DNA of 64,000 nt, taken from NCBI GenBank assembly GCA_963665095.1, contig OY762069.1:6624001-6688000 (forward strand). Direction: 5' to 3'. Source of the stretch: an uncultured Desulfobacter sp. (GTDB lineage: Bacteria > Desulfobacterota > Desulfobacteria > Desulfobacterales > Desulfobacteraceae). Positions 55,019 to 64,000 of the stretch are shown in pieces. Positions within the stretch are counted from its first letter, which is position 1, and the number at the start of each line of letters is the position of its first letter. The notes beneath the pieces are model-generated. The model saw only the letters and a program-made list of their open reading frames with translations. It did no database searches and was not told the DNA's origin. The position numbers and the translations under genes were made by a program.

Positions 55019-55231
55019 ATGGAAAAAAAGAAACTGGCTGCGGCCATGGCTGCTGTTTACACGTACATCCGGACCGGTGAGGAAGCTGCTGCTGCCCAGG
55101 CTCAGGCTGCAGATGCCGGGTCTCAGCCTGCGGCACCTGCACCTGTTGCCGCTATGAATCTTTGGGGACTGTCCGGCCGGCAGGCGATCATGAATGCCAA
55201 TACCATGATGCAGATGCGAATGTTTAAATAG
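55019..55231 (+). CDS. Small accessory subunit (OadG/AccE-like AAxAAV...W..SGR peptide)
   Basis: AAGGAG SD, LAAAMAAV, an Ala/Pro linker and LWGLSGR, between two carboxylase genes. Confidence 0.72.
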   Translation: MEKKKLAAAMAAVYTYIRTGEEAAAAQAQAADAGSQPAAPAPVAAMNLWGLSGRQAIMNANTMMQMRMFK

Positions 55232-55269
55232 TAAGATAAAAAGTAATTTTATATATAAGAGAGGATACG

Positions 55270-57291
55270 ATGACGGATCATACTGAAGTCAAAATGGTTG
55301 AGATGAATTACGGCAAGGACCGGCCAAAGGCTGAAAATCCCCTGAAAATTGAGGACCTTTCCCTGCGTGACGGCCATCAGTCTTTATTTGCCACAAGGGG
55401 CCGCACCGAGGATATGATTCCTGTGGCAGAACAGATGGATGAAATCGGGTTCTGGGCGGTTGAGGTGTGGGGTGGTGCCACCTTTGACACCATGCACCGG
55501 TATCTGAACGAAGACCCCTGGCAGCGGCTTCGCACCCTGAAACGCTATTTTAAGAAGACCAAGTTCTCCATGCTGCTCAGGGGCCAGAACCTTGTGGGAT
55601 ACCGTAACTATGCCGATGATGTGGCCAAGCTGTTCGTCAAAAAGACCGTTGATAACGGGCTGGAGGTTTTCAGAACCTTTGACGCACTTAACGACTACAG
55701 AAATTTTGAAACAGTTGTGCCGGTTATCAAAGAGTGCGGAGCCCACTTCCAGGGCTGCATCTGCTACACCCTGACCCAGCCCCGCCTGGGCGGAGAGGTG
55801 TATAATCTGGAGTATTACGTACAGAAAGCCAAGGACCTTGAGGCCATGGGCGCAGACTCTATCTGCATCAAAGATATGGCAGGGCTGATGTCTCCCTATG
55901 ATGCCTATGAACTGATCAAGGCCATGAAAGCTGAGGTAAAACCCCTGATTCATCTGCACTCCCATTTTACTTCCGGCATGTCGCCCATGACCCATTTAAA
56001 AGCGGTTGAGGCAGGCGTGGACATTATTGATACATGCATGACGCCCTATGCCTACAGAACTTCCCATGCCGCCCTTGAACCCCTGGTCATGAGCCTGATT
56101 GGCACCAGCCGGGATACAGGCTTTGATATCGAGGCCCTGGCCCAGATAAACGAAACCCTTGAAAAAGAGGTTATGCCCAAATATAAACACCTGCTGGACG
56201 ACACCAAGATCTCAATGATCGACATTAATGTCCTTTTACACCAGACCCCTGGCGGCATGCTGTCAAATCTTGTGAACCAGCTGCGTGAAATGGATGCCCT
56301 GGACAAGATTGACCAGGTTTACAAGGAACTGCCCCGGGTCAGAAAAGAGCTGGGCCAGATTCCGCTGGTAACCCCCACCAGCCAGATTGTGGGTACCCAG
56401 ACCGTAAACAACGTGCTGTTTGATACGGATGGCGAACGTTACAAAATGATCACCGGCCAGGTAAAAGACCTCTGCTACGGCCTGTACGGCAAAACCAGCG
56501 TACCCATTGATCCGGAAGTACAGAAAAAAGCGCTCAAGGGCTATGACAGAGGGGAAGAACCCATTACCTGCCGTCCGGCCGAAGTGCTGGCGCCTGAACT
56601 TGAAAAAGCCAGAGAAGAGATCGGCGATCTGGCTGTGGATGATGAGGACCTCATCCTTTACACCCTGTTCCCCGTGACCGGCAAGAAATATTTGATGCAG
56701 AAATACGGCAAGGAACAGGTGCCTGACAGCTTCAAGCCCATTACCCTGGAAGATGTAAAGAAGCAGGATGATATGATTAAAAAGGCAAAGGCAGGCAAAC
56801 TTATTGAACCGGCTGTTGATCTGCCTGAGAAGAGTGAATATGCCCGGACCTTCAATGTGTTTGTGGGCGGCGAGTGCTTTGAGGTCGGCGTTGATGAAGT
56901 GGGCGGTTCCCCCATGATTACCTATGCGGCTCCGGTTGCGGCACCTGCAGCGGCTCCTGCTCCTGTTGCTGCTTCCCCGGCGCCTGTCGCGCCTGCCGCC
57001 CCGGCACCCAAGCCTGCACCGCCCAAACCGGCCCCCGCGGCCAAACCCGCACCCAAGCCGGCAGCAGCTGCCGGTTCCGGCACGCCGGTGAAAGCTCCCA
57101 TGCCCGGTATGATCGTCAAGTATGAGAAAAAGGTGGGCGATACCGTTAATGCCGGCGATACCGTTGTGATCATTGAAGCCATGAAAATGGAGAATGCGCT
57201 TCCGGCAACTGCCAGCGGCACCATTACCGCCATCAACTTTGCCTCCGGTGATTCCGTGGCCAAGGATGATGTGCTGGCAACCATTGAATAG
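55270..57291 (+). CDS. Pyruvate carboxyltransferase fused to a biotin carrier (pyruvate carboxylase subunit B / OadA / transcarboxylase 5S-1.3S type)
   Basis: Motifs LRDGHQSL, WGGATFD, IKDMAG, PGGMLSNL, VTPTSQIVG, a Pro/Ala linker and the biotin motif EAMKM. Confidence 0.93.
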   Translation: MTDHTEVKMVEMNYGKDRPKAENPLKIEDLSLRDGHQSLFATRGRTEDMIPVAEQMDEIGFWAVEVWGGATFDTMHRYLNEDPWQRLRTLKRYFKKTKFSMLLRGQNLVGYRNYADDVAKLFVKKTVDNGLEVFRTFDALNDYRNFETVVPVIKECGAHFQGCICYTLTQPRLGGEVYNLEYYVQKAKDLEAMGADSICIKDMAGLMSPYDAYELIKAMKAEVKPLIHLHSHFTSGMSPMTHLKAVEAGVDIIDTCMTPYAYRTSHAALEPLVMSLIGTSRDTGFDIEALAQINETLEKEVMPKYKHLLDDTKISMIDINVLLHQTPGGMLSNLVNQLREMDALDKIDQVYKELPRVRKELGQIPLVTPTSQIVGTQTVNNVLFDTDGERYKMITGQVKDLCYGLYGKTSVPIDPEVQKKALKGYDRGEEPITCRPAEVLAPELEKAREEIGDLAVDDEDLILYTLFPVTGKKYLMQKYGKEQVPDSFKPITLEDVKKQDDMIKKAKAGKLIEPAVDLPEKSEYARTFNVFVGGECFEVGVDEVGGSPMITYAAPVAAPAAAPAPVAASPAPVAPAAPAPKPAPPKPAPAAKPAPKPAAAAGSGTPVKAPMPGMIVKYEKKVGDTVNAGDTVVIIEAMKMENALPATASGTITAINFASGDSVAKDDVLATIE

Positions 57292-57328
57292 GTATTAATC
57301 ACAAGTTGCCCGGCCCTTTGAAATCAGG

Positions 57329-57358
57329 CAGGGGGATGGTTTGACAACCATCCCCCTG
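57329..57358 (+). terminator. Hairpin after the carboxylase operon
   Basis: Perfect 13-bp stem CAGGGGGATGGTT-TGAC-AACCATCCCCCTG with a weak U-tract. Confidence 0.55.
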
Positions 57359-57417
57359 TGCTTATTATGGTAGGTGCCGCCTGTTTTAAGCAGGCCCATC
57401 ACCATAAGGAGAAAACA

Positions 57418-58095
57418 ATGGCTTTTGAAACAAAAGAAGAATTGCTTGAAAAATATTTAAAAATGGACAAACCCCATTGTCCCCATTGCGATGAACCCAT
57501 GACCCTGTGGGAAATCCCCCCCATCAATTTTTCCGATGGATTGGGCTGGCAGACCCCCTATCTGTTTGTCTGCTTCAATGACAACTGTCCTTCCTATCAG
57601 AAAGGGTGGCAGCACCTGATGGATTCCGTGGAGGCGCCAGCCTCCTACCGCTGCTTTTGCGAGCCCGGGGCTCGTAACTTTGAATATATGCCTGTGTTCA
57701 GCCCCATTGGCGGGACCGGCAGTGTCATGGATGATGCAGCCCTGTTAGCGGAGCAGGCCAAAACAGAGTTGATGAAACAGACCTTTTCCATCCTGACGGA
57801 TTATTACATTTCGAAAGATTGGGACGAAATCCTTAAAATCTGCCTGGACCCCAACATACCGCCGAAAGCCAGATTAAAGGCTGCTGAGATGGTGGGAGAG
57901 CTCGGAGACGCCACTGCAGTGGAGCACCTGATTAATCATAAATTCCCGACCCCTGTACTCCAGGAAGGGGTGAAAAAGGCCATTGCCCAGCTCCACGATC
58001 GGCACTTCACCCGGGAATGCCCTTTTTGTGCTGAAATTATCAAAAACCGGGCCAGCGTATGCAAACACTGCGGCAAGGATGTGCCCCGTGCCTGA
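57418..58095 (+). CDS. Zinc-ribbon / HEAT-like / zinc-ribbon hypothetical protein
   Basis: Motifs CPHC...CFNDNC, RLKAAEMVGELGD and CPFCAE...CKHC. ATG 57418 follows AAGGAG. Confidence 0.8.
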   Translation: MAFETKEELLEKYLKMDKPHCPHCDEPMTLWEIPPINFSDGLGWQTPYLFVCFNDNCPSYQKGWQHLMDSVEAPASYRCFCEPGARNFEYMPVFSPIGGTGSVMDDAALLAEQAKTELMKQTFSILTDYYISKDWDEILKICLDPNIPPKARLKAAEMVGELGDATAVEHLINHKFPTPVLQEGVKKAIAQLHDRHFTRECPFCAEIIKNRASVCKHCGKDVPRA

Positions 58096-58231
58096 TTCCG
58101 GTCTGATGACTTCGATCTGGGATGTTTAAGTCTTTAGAGTTAATGACCAGAAACTATGAATAACCAGGGCCTGTGCCTCAGTTCATAAGGCCCTGGTAAG
58201 ATTCATGAATTTTAAACAGTCCGTTGAGAAA

Positions 58232-58759
58232 TCAGGGCTCAGTTGTATATTTATTCACTTTTTCAAGATTGAAAGAGCGATAAATGATCATCTCTCCACT
58301 TTTTTTTGCCGGATCCAGGGCTGTCTTAGGAATATCGGAAAGTTGTTTTACTGCCTGTTCACGGGTTGGGATGGCATCAAGCCCCTGTCCCACGGTTTTG
58401 CCGGTGACCGCATCCATAATGACGGCGTTTCTGGCGTCCGTGGAGACTGCAAAGGGAATGATATGGTCACGGATCAGACGGGCCCCTGCCAGAATCTCTC
58501 TTTCATAGGAGCCGATGGAGCCGGCTACACAGGTGATGGCCATAAAGGGCCGGTTTTCCACAGTTACTATCAAATCAATGACTGACGGATAGTCTTCGCC
58601 CTTGAACTGGACTGTTATTGGAACGTCTACGAGGATATCTGTTTTGGCGTAGCCTTTGGTTTCCACCAGGAGCTTTTCAAAAATCTGGCGGCTGGCCTCG
58701 GCGCCTACATTGTCAATCTCTTTGCCGGTAATATAGTCAGTGATTTGGTCCAGTGTCAT
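58232..58759 (-). CDS. Stand-alone type I restriction HsdR N-terminal-like domain protein
   Basis: E..RQ...LLVETKGY...IDLIV...FAVSTD pattern, with no hsdM or hsdS nearby. Confidence 0.72.
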   Translation of the reverse strand: MTLDQITDYITGKEIDNVGAEASRQIFEKLLVETKGYAKTDILVDVPITVQFKGEDYPSVIDLIVTVENRPFMAITCVAGSIGSYEREILAGARLIRDHIIPFAVSTDARNAVIMDAVTGKTVGQGLDAIPTREQAVKQLSDIPKTALDPAKKSGEMIIYRSFNLEKVNKYTTEP

Positions 58760-58814
58760 TTTTTATATCTTCTTATAGTTATTAATCGTAAAATCGGCGA
58801 TTTTTATTGTTATT

Positions 58815-60365
58815 TTACTTGTCCTGAATCAGGCATTGGCCTGTCATCTCAGCGGGCTGTTCAAACCCCAGAATTTTGAAAACAGTTGGGGCAATATCGC
58901 CAAGCTTGCCGTCCACGAGCCTCAGGCCGGGGGCCGGGTTGGCTGCCACAATGAAGCGTACCGGATTCAGAGTGTGGGCGGTGTGGGGGGATCCATCTTC
59001 TGCCAGCATCTGTTCTGAATTGCCGTGGTCAGCTGTAATAAATGCGGTGCCGCCGGTCTCCCAGATGGCATTAACCACTTTTTCAACGCATTTGTCCACT
59101 GTTTCACAGGCCTTTATTGCGGCGTCAAAGACCCCGGTGTGGCCCACCATGTCCATATTGGCAAAGTTGAGCACGATGAATTGAAATTTCCCGGATCTGA
59201 TCTGCTCGCAGGCTTTGTCTGCCACAAGGGCGGCGCTCATTTCCGGTTTCTGGTCGTAGGTCTCCACATCCCTGGGGGAGGGGATCAGAATCCGATCTTC
59301 CCCTTCAAACACAGCTTCATCCCCACCGTTGAAGAAATATGTGACATGGGCATATTTTTCAGTTTCTGCAATGCGCAACTGGAAAATTTTCTGCTCGCTC
59401 AGGATCTGGCCCATGATTTTGTCCAGGTGAAGCGGCCCGAAAGCTGCGGGCAGATCAAAAAGCTCATCATACTGGGTCATGCACACAAAGTCGCTAAGTG
59501 CCGGGCAAACAGCCCGTTCAAATCCCTCAAATGTTTTTTCGGTAAATGCCCGGGAGATCTCCTTGGCACGGTCTGCCCGGAAGTTAAAGAAAATGACGCC
59601 GTCGCCGGCTTCAATTCTGCCTTCAGTGCCGGGGCATAAAAATAGAGGTTTTATAAATTCATCGGTTTCGCCCTTGTCATAGGCTGCCTGTAGTGCCTGG
59701 GCAGGTATTTGACCGGATGCATCAGCCCCTTTTTTTTCAGTATAAAGTTCATAGGCTTTCCGGACTCTCTCCCATCGGGTGTCCCTGTCCATGGTCCAGA
59801 ATCGTCCGGCCAGGGTGGCTACCGTCCCAACCCCAAGATCTTTTATTTTGCTGGAAAGCTGGTCCAGAAAACCGATGCCGGAGGTGGGGGAGGTGTCCCG
59901 TCCGTCCATGATTGGGTGGATGTAGAGCCGGGAGATGCCAAATTGCTTTGCCATCTCCATCAGGGCAAACAGATGGTTGATGTGGGAGTGGACGCCGCCG
60001 TCAGAGAGAAGTCCTAACAGATGCAGGCTTTTGCCAGCCTGTTTTACCTTGTCCATGATGGAGACAAGGGCCGGCGTGGAGGTAAAGCTGTTATCCCGGA
60101 TGGCCGTGTTGATCCGGACAAAGTCCTGGGGCACAATTCTGCCGGCCCCGATGTTCATGTGGCCCACCTCGGAGTTGCCCATGGTGCCGTCGGGAAGGCC
60201 TACGGCCTCACCGCAGCACTTAAGCGTGGTGCTGGGGCAGGTGGCCAGAAGATTGTCAAGAACCGGCGTGCTGGCGGCTGCCACGGCATTGCCTTCAACT
60301 GATTCATTGATGCCCCACCCGTCAAGTATCATTAAAATGTTGACCGGTTGTTTGTCAGAACTCAT
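58815..60365 (-). CDS. gpmI: 2,3-bisphosphoglycerate-independent phosphoglycerate mutase
   Basis: Motifs LMILDGWG, MGNSEVGH, SDGGVHSH, FNFRADR, DMVGHTG and TADHGN. ATG 60365 follows GGAGG. Confidence 0.96.
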   Translation of the reverse strand: MSSDKQPVNILMILDGWGINESVEGNAVAAASTPVLDNLLATCPSTTLKCCGEAVGLPDGTMGNSEVGHMNIGAGRIVPQDFVRINTAIRDNSFTSTPALVSIMDKVKQAGKSLHLLGLLSDGGVHSHINHLFALMEMAKQFGISRLYIHPIMDGRDTSPTSGIGFLDQLSSKIKDLGVGTVATLAGRFWTMDRDTRWERVRKAYELYTEKKGADASGQIPAQALQAAYDKGETDEFIKPLFLCPGTEGRIEAGDGVIFFNFRADRAKEISRAFTEKTFEGFERAVCPALSDFVCMTQYDELFDLPAAFGPLHLDKIMGQILSEQKIFQLRIAETEKYAHVTYFFNGGDEAVFEGEDRILIPSPRDVETYDQKPEMSAALVADKACEQIRSGKFQFIVLNFANMDMVGHTGVFDAAIKACETVDKCVEKVVNAIWETGGTAFITADHGNSEQMLAEDGSPHTAHTLNPVRFIVAANPAPGLRLVDGKLGDIAPTVFKILGFEQPAEMTGQCLIQDK

Positions 60366-60747
60366 CGTTGTCCTCCATATCGGTTGATATTTGCGTATCA
60401 AATCTGGAGAGGTCAACCCGTGGGGCGTCACTCCACAGTCCTTCAAGGTCATAAAAGTCCTTGGCATCGGATTCAAATACATGAATGATCAGGTGCCCGT
60501 AATCCAGCAGAGCCCACTGGCCTTCTTTAACCCCTTCAACTCCCAGTGCCTTGATTTTTGCATCTTTAAGGGATTTGATCAGATGCTCGGCCAGGGACGT
60601 CACCTGCCGGCTTGATCCGCCCTCCACAATGACCACCATATCAGTGTAGGAGGTTAGTTCGCTGACCTTTAATGCGGCCACGCTTTTAGGTTTACGTTCA
60701 AATATGGGGCTGATGAAAGGAACATATTCCTCTGTGAGGGAAATCAT
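60355..60747 (-). CDS. rsfS: Ribosome silencing factor
   Basis: Motif WALLDYG...HVF...FYDLEGLW, downstream of nadD. Confidence 0.93.
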   Translation of the reverse strand: MISLTEEYVPFISPIFERKPKSVAALKVSELTSYTDMVVIVEGGSSRQVTSLAEHLIKSLKDAKIKALGVEGVKEGQWALLDYGHLIIHVFESDAKDFYDLEGLWSDAPRVDLSRFDTQISTDMEDNDEF

Positions 60748-61388
60748 TTATATAAATCCTTTGTTTTGATAAAGGTCTCAACATATTCAGGCACAAGTCC
60801 TGTGATGGATAGATTGGTTTTAATCCGGTTCCGTATCTGTGTCGATGATATGTCAATCCTGGGGACATTGCAGATGCGAATGGGAAAAAGCCGGTCATGG
60901 ACAAACCTGTTACCGTTCTTTAGCTTGTAGCCTTTTGAGACGTGTTCGTCAATAAAGGATGCAAAAGAGGGTAAGGGGGTTCGGTCTCCCCGAAGCATGA
61001 CAATTACCGGGACGGCTTCAAATATTTTATCTGCCTGTTTCCAGGTGGGGGTGTCAAAAAATGAATCTGATCCCATGAGCAGATGAAAGCGGGTGTCAGG
61101 GGCCAGGGTTGTTTTAAATTCCGAGATGGTGTCAATGGTAAAAGAGGGACCTTTGCGGAGCAGTTCAATATCAGACACCTGAAAATCACTTAAGTGTTTA
61201 ACTGCGCCGGTAACCATGTCCAGACGATCCAGGGCCGGAGCAAGATTGCAATCGGGTTTGTGAGGAGGAAGCGCCGAAGGGTAAAGGATAATTCTGTCCA
61301 GGCCACAATGTGTTTTTACATATTGGATAATGCCCAAATGGCCGTTGTGAATCGGATTGAATGTACCGCCGAAAAGTCCTGCGTCCAT
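60744..61388 (-). CDS. nadD: Nicotinate-nucleotide adenylyltransferase
   Basis: Motifs FGGTFNPIHNGH, PPHK, SFTIDT and ISSTQIR. Confidence 0.95.
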   Translation of the reverse strand: MDAGLFGGTFNPIHNGHLGIIQYVKTHCGLDRIILYPSALPPHKPDCNLAPALDRLDMVTGAVKHLSDFQVSDIELLRKGPSFTIDTISEFKTTLAPDTRFHLLMGSDSFFDTPTWKQADKIFEAVPVIVMLRGDRTPLPSFASFIDEHVSKGYKLKNGNRFVHDRLFPIRICNVPRIDISSTQIRNRIKTNLSITGLVPEYVETFIKTKDLYK

Positions 61389-61424
61389 CTTGGCTGTGTC
61401 CGTTAAGCGTTAACCGGTATGCTT

Positions 61425-62432
61425 TTATGTTTGATCGCTGTCGGTTTGGAGCAGCGCGGCCAGGTGCCTGACCAACTCCTTAACACCTTTGCCCGTGGCA
61501 GCGGAAATGGTGAAAACTGTCTGCCCGGGGAGGGAAGCTTTAAATGCATTTACCCGATTTTCCGTGCCCGTAAGATCAATTTTATTCAGTACCACTATTT
61601 GAGTTTTTCTGGCCAGGGATTGGCTGTATTTGGACAGTTCGTTGTTGATCAGCTGAAAGTTATCCAACGGGGTTTCCGGATCAATCTGACCAGCGTCAAT
61701 GAGATGTATCAGGATGCCTGTTCGTTCAATGTGCTTAAGGAATTTTATGCCCAGTCCCACACCTTCATGGGCACCTTCGATCAGGCCGGGAATATCTGCC
61801 ACGGCAAAGGGTTCGCCAAAGGGCGGATCAACCATGCCGATGGTGGGGGTCAGTGTGGTAAACGGGTAGTCTGCGATTTTGGGCCGGGCTGCTGAAACAG
61901 CAGAGATCAGTGTGGACTTCCCTGCATTGGGCAGTCCCACAAGCCCGACATCTGCCATGAGTTTCAGCTCCAGACGCAGCTTCATTTCAATGCCCGGGAT
62001 TCCGGGCTGGGCATATCGGGGAACTCTGTTGGTGGAAGTGGCGAACCGTTTGTTTCCCCGTCCGCCTTTGCCGCCTTGGGCTACAATGAACTCTTTATCA
62101 GGGTCGGTGAGGTCGGCAATAATCTCAGATGTTTCTGCATCCATGACCAGGGTGCCGGGTGGCAGCGCAAGATAGCAGTGGCTGCCGTTTTTGCCGTGTT
62201 TCTGCCGGCCGAGGCCCGGGCCGCCGTTTTTGGCACTTACACGTTGCTGGCGGCGATAATCATACAGGGTCCGTTTAGAGGGATCCACCTGGAGGATAAC
62301 ATCTCCCCCATCGCCGCCATCTCCGCCGTCAGGTCCGCCTTTTTCGATGAAACGCTCTCGCCGGAAGCTGACACAGCCGGCCCCGCCGTTTCCGGACCTG
62401 ATTGTAATAATGGCCTCATCTATAAATTTCAC
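61425..62432 (-). CDS. obgE: GTPase ObgE/CgtA
   Basis: Motifs FIDEA...[33 protein letters not shown] and NKID. Confidence 0.97.
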   Translation of the reverse strand: MKFIDEAIITIRSGNGGAGCVSFRRERFIEKGGPDGGDGGDGGDVILQVDPSKRTLYDYRRQQRVSAKNGGPGLGRQKHGKNGSHCYLALPPGTLVMDAETSEIIADLTDPDKEFIVAQGGKGGRGNKRFATSTNRVPRYAQPGIPGIEMKLRLELKLMADVGLVGLPNAGKSTLISAVSAARPKIADYPFTTLTPTIGMVDPPFGEPFAVADIPGLIEGAHEGVGLGIKFLKHIERTGILIHLIDAGQIDPETPLDNFQLINNELSKYSQSLARKTQIVVLNKIDLTGTENRVNAFKASLPGQTVFTISAATGKGVKELVRHLAALLQTDSDQT

Positions 62433-62683
62433 GCGTCATAAACACTGACTTTTTTTCTGTCACGACCTTTTCTCTCAAAGGTCACGACACCGTCAATTTT
62501 TGCAAAGAGGGTGTAATCTTTGCCCATTCCCACATTCTCGCCAGGATGGATTTTGGTGCCGCACTGTCTGACAATGATATTTCCGGCAATGACTTTTTCT
62601 CCGCCGAATTTTTTAACGCCGCGCCGCTGAGCATTTGAATCGCGGCCGTTTTTTGAACTGCCTGCTGCTTTCTTATGTGACAT
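62429..62683 (-). CDS. rpmA: 50S ribosomal protein L27
   Basis: [16 protein letters not shown]; the true start is 62683. Confidence 0.97.
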   Translation of the reverse strand: MSHKKAAGSSKNGRDSNAQRRGVKKFGGEKVIAGNIIVRQCGTKIHPGENVGMGKDYTLFAKIDGVVTFERKGRDRKKVSVYDA

Positions 62684-62738
62684 GGTTTTCTCTCTTTTTG
62701 TTAAGGCATTACAATTATAATAACCGTAAAAACAGCCA

Positions 62739-63050
62739 TTATGCTGAAATGGAATCAATCCGGATTTCAGTGTAGTGCTGTCTGTGGCCTCTCATTTTCC
62801 GGTAGCCTTTGCGCCGTTTATATTTGAATACCAGCTGTTTTTTGTCCCGGCCCTGCTCTAAAACATAGGCCTTTACAACAGCATTTTCAATCTGGGGGGT
62901 GCCCAGGGTAACGGTTTCTCCATCGGAGTACAAAAGGACATCGGTAAAAACGATTTCAGATCCTTCGCCGCCTTCAAGTTTTTCAACCTGTAAGACCTGA
63001 TCTTCCTGGACCTTGTATTGTTTGCCCCCGGTTCTGATTACTGCATACAT
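62739..63050 (-). CDS. rplU: 50S ribosomal protein L21
   Basis: [14 protein letters not shown]...GHRQHYT. Confidence 0.97.
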   Translation of the reverse strand: MYAVIRTGGKQYKVQEDQVLQVEKLEGGEGSEIVFTDVLLYSDGETVTLGTPQIENAVVKAYVLEQGRDKKQLVFKYKRRKGYRKMRGHRQHYTEIRIDSISA

Positions 63051-63104
63051 GGGTTTATCTCCTTACAATCTTACAACTTTTGTCCAATATTTATAAAGCT
63101 CTGC

Positions 63105-63133
63105 ATACTATAACTATTAGTTTGTGTTGTCAA
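63105..63133 (-). promoter_or_regulatory. Sigma70 promoter of rplU-rpmA-obgE
   Basis: TTGACA-17 nt-TAGTAT on the minus strand. Confidence 0.65.
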
Positions 63134-63272
63134 TTATTTTTTGAATTCCATAATCATGATCCGTGCCGTATCTCCGGTGGTTGATCTTGTCTGCAGATAT
63201 TTGCCAGACAGGCAGGATATCCGGGGTTTTAATTGACTTACCTGCGGGGGCAGGAGTATTAATAAAGGCATC

Positions 63273-64000
63273 ATGAATACGGTATCCATCATAATTATAC
63301 GGCCCGATGTGTTATCTTCTTCACAGGGTAATAAGACTGTTTTTTTGAACAGTGCCGTTCATGGTACAGGCCCGAAAGAGTGCGCTGTAAACCTTTTTTG
63401 TATCTGTGTTGAACCGCAGGGTCCAGGAAGGATTGTGAACAGGACAGTGTCGTTACCCGGCCTGTCTGTTGATTGGGGCCATGCTGTAGGACTCGTCTGC
63501 CAGGCATTTAAGAGGCTGGCAGATAAATACCGAGCCTCAAGGGTGATCATTGAGCCAGGAGTTCAGGATCTTTTCAAACCATTTAACGATGTTGTACAAA
63601 ATCTTGAGCAGGCCGTGCCCGGTACCGGGATGCAGATCTTGGATGTCGGCAGCCGGGTTATGGATGCTGACCCCTGGCTGCCCCTGGAGCTGCTGGCGGC
63701 ATACAACCAGATAAAGACGCTTCCTGGCACTCCTTTGTGGCAGCTTGTCCGGTATGCTGACACCCTTGATCTTTTTCTGGGTGCCATGGCAGAAAGGGGC
63801 TGGGAAAAGAAAAAGGCGGCACTGCACCTTTCCCGGGTCAGGGTTAAAGAGGATCTGTCCCGGCTGTGGGTACTGGGCGATCACCTTGAATATCATTTTG
63901 TTCCTCCTTCCGGCATCAGTCCGGATTTGATGGAAGATATTGTCAGGATGGTGGGGGCCGGCGGATCTGTGGATATTACCCATGTCCGCGGTAATCTTGA
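63273..64000 (+). CDS. Hypothetical protein, 3' end outside the window (absent from the ORF track)
   Basis: By hand translation, ATG 63273 (MNTVSIIIIRPD...) opens a frame with no stop through to 64000 (about 242 codons). It is divergent from rplU. Confidence 0.6.
   Translation, partial: MNTVSIIIIRPDVLSSSQGNKTVFLNSAVHGTGPKECAVNLFCICVEPQGPGRIVNRTVSLPGLSVDWGHAVGLVCQAFKRLADKYRASRVIIEPGVQDLFKPFNDVVQNLEQAVPGTGMQILDVGSRVMDADPWLPLELLAAYNQIKTLPGTPLWQLVRYADTLDLFLGAMAERGWEKKKAALHLSRVRVKEDLSRLWVLGDHLEYHFVPPSGISPDLMEDIVRMVGAGGSVDITHVRGNL

Noticed and set aside
56920..57080. GC-rich short repeats in the carboxylase gene
   Set aside because: They encode the normal Pro/Ala linker before the biotin domain and are not an array.
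58232..58759. Type I restriction-modification system
   Set aside because: Only a lone HsdR_N-like domain is present, with no helicase, HsdM or HsdS.

Overview
A chromosomal window from a sulfate-reducing deltaproteobacterium, most likely Desulfobacteraceae (inferred from gene content and protein similarity as I recall it; no search was run). I found no rRNA, tRNA, CRISPR array, prophage or intact transposase. The accessory left part (about 2.9-23 kb), after glgP, holds: a decayed MalT-like regulator; a TonB receptor/ABC/Gate-protein uptake operon behind an attenuator-like leader; a LysR regulator divergent from a three-gene corrinoid methyltransferase module; a His-tailed helical-repeat protein coupled to the mainly archaeal DUF2117; an ADP-forming acyl-CoA ligase; and a CCG-FeS/FAD oxidoreductase trio. 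The middle holds a stand-alone dnaK, a two-gene SufC/SufB-like (SMS-type) Fe-S system, a MITE-like repeat, panP, a GNAT pseudogene, a 2-oxoacid:ferredoxin oxidoreductase operon and an acyl-CoA ligase. The right part holds an HD-GYP/hybrid kinase/pseudo-receiver/FapA signalling block, a transcarboxylase-like operon and the housekeeping run rplU-rpmA-obgE-nadD-rsfS-gpmI. The best candidates for undescribed biology are the corrinoid methyl-transfer plus uptake island, its leader RNA, and the helical-repeat/DUF2117 pair. Family assignments come from motif recognition, not database hits.
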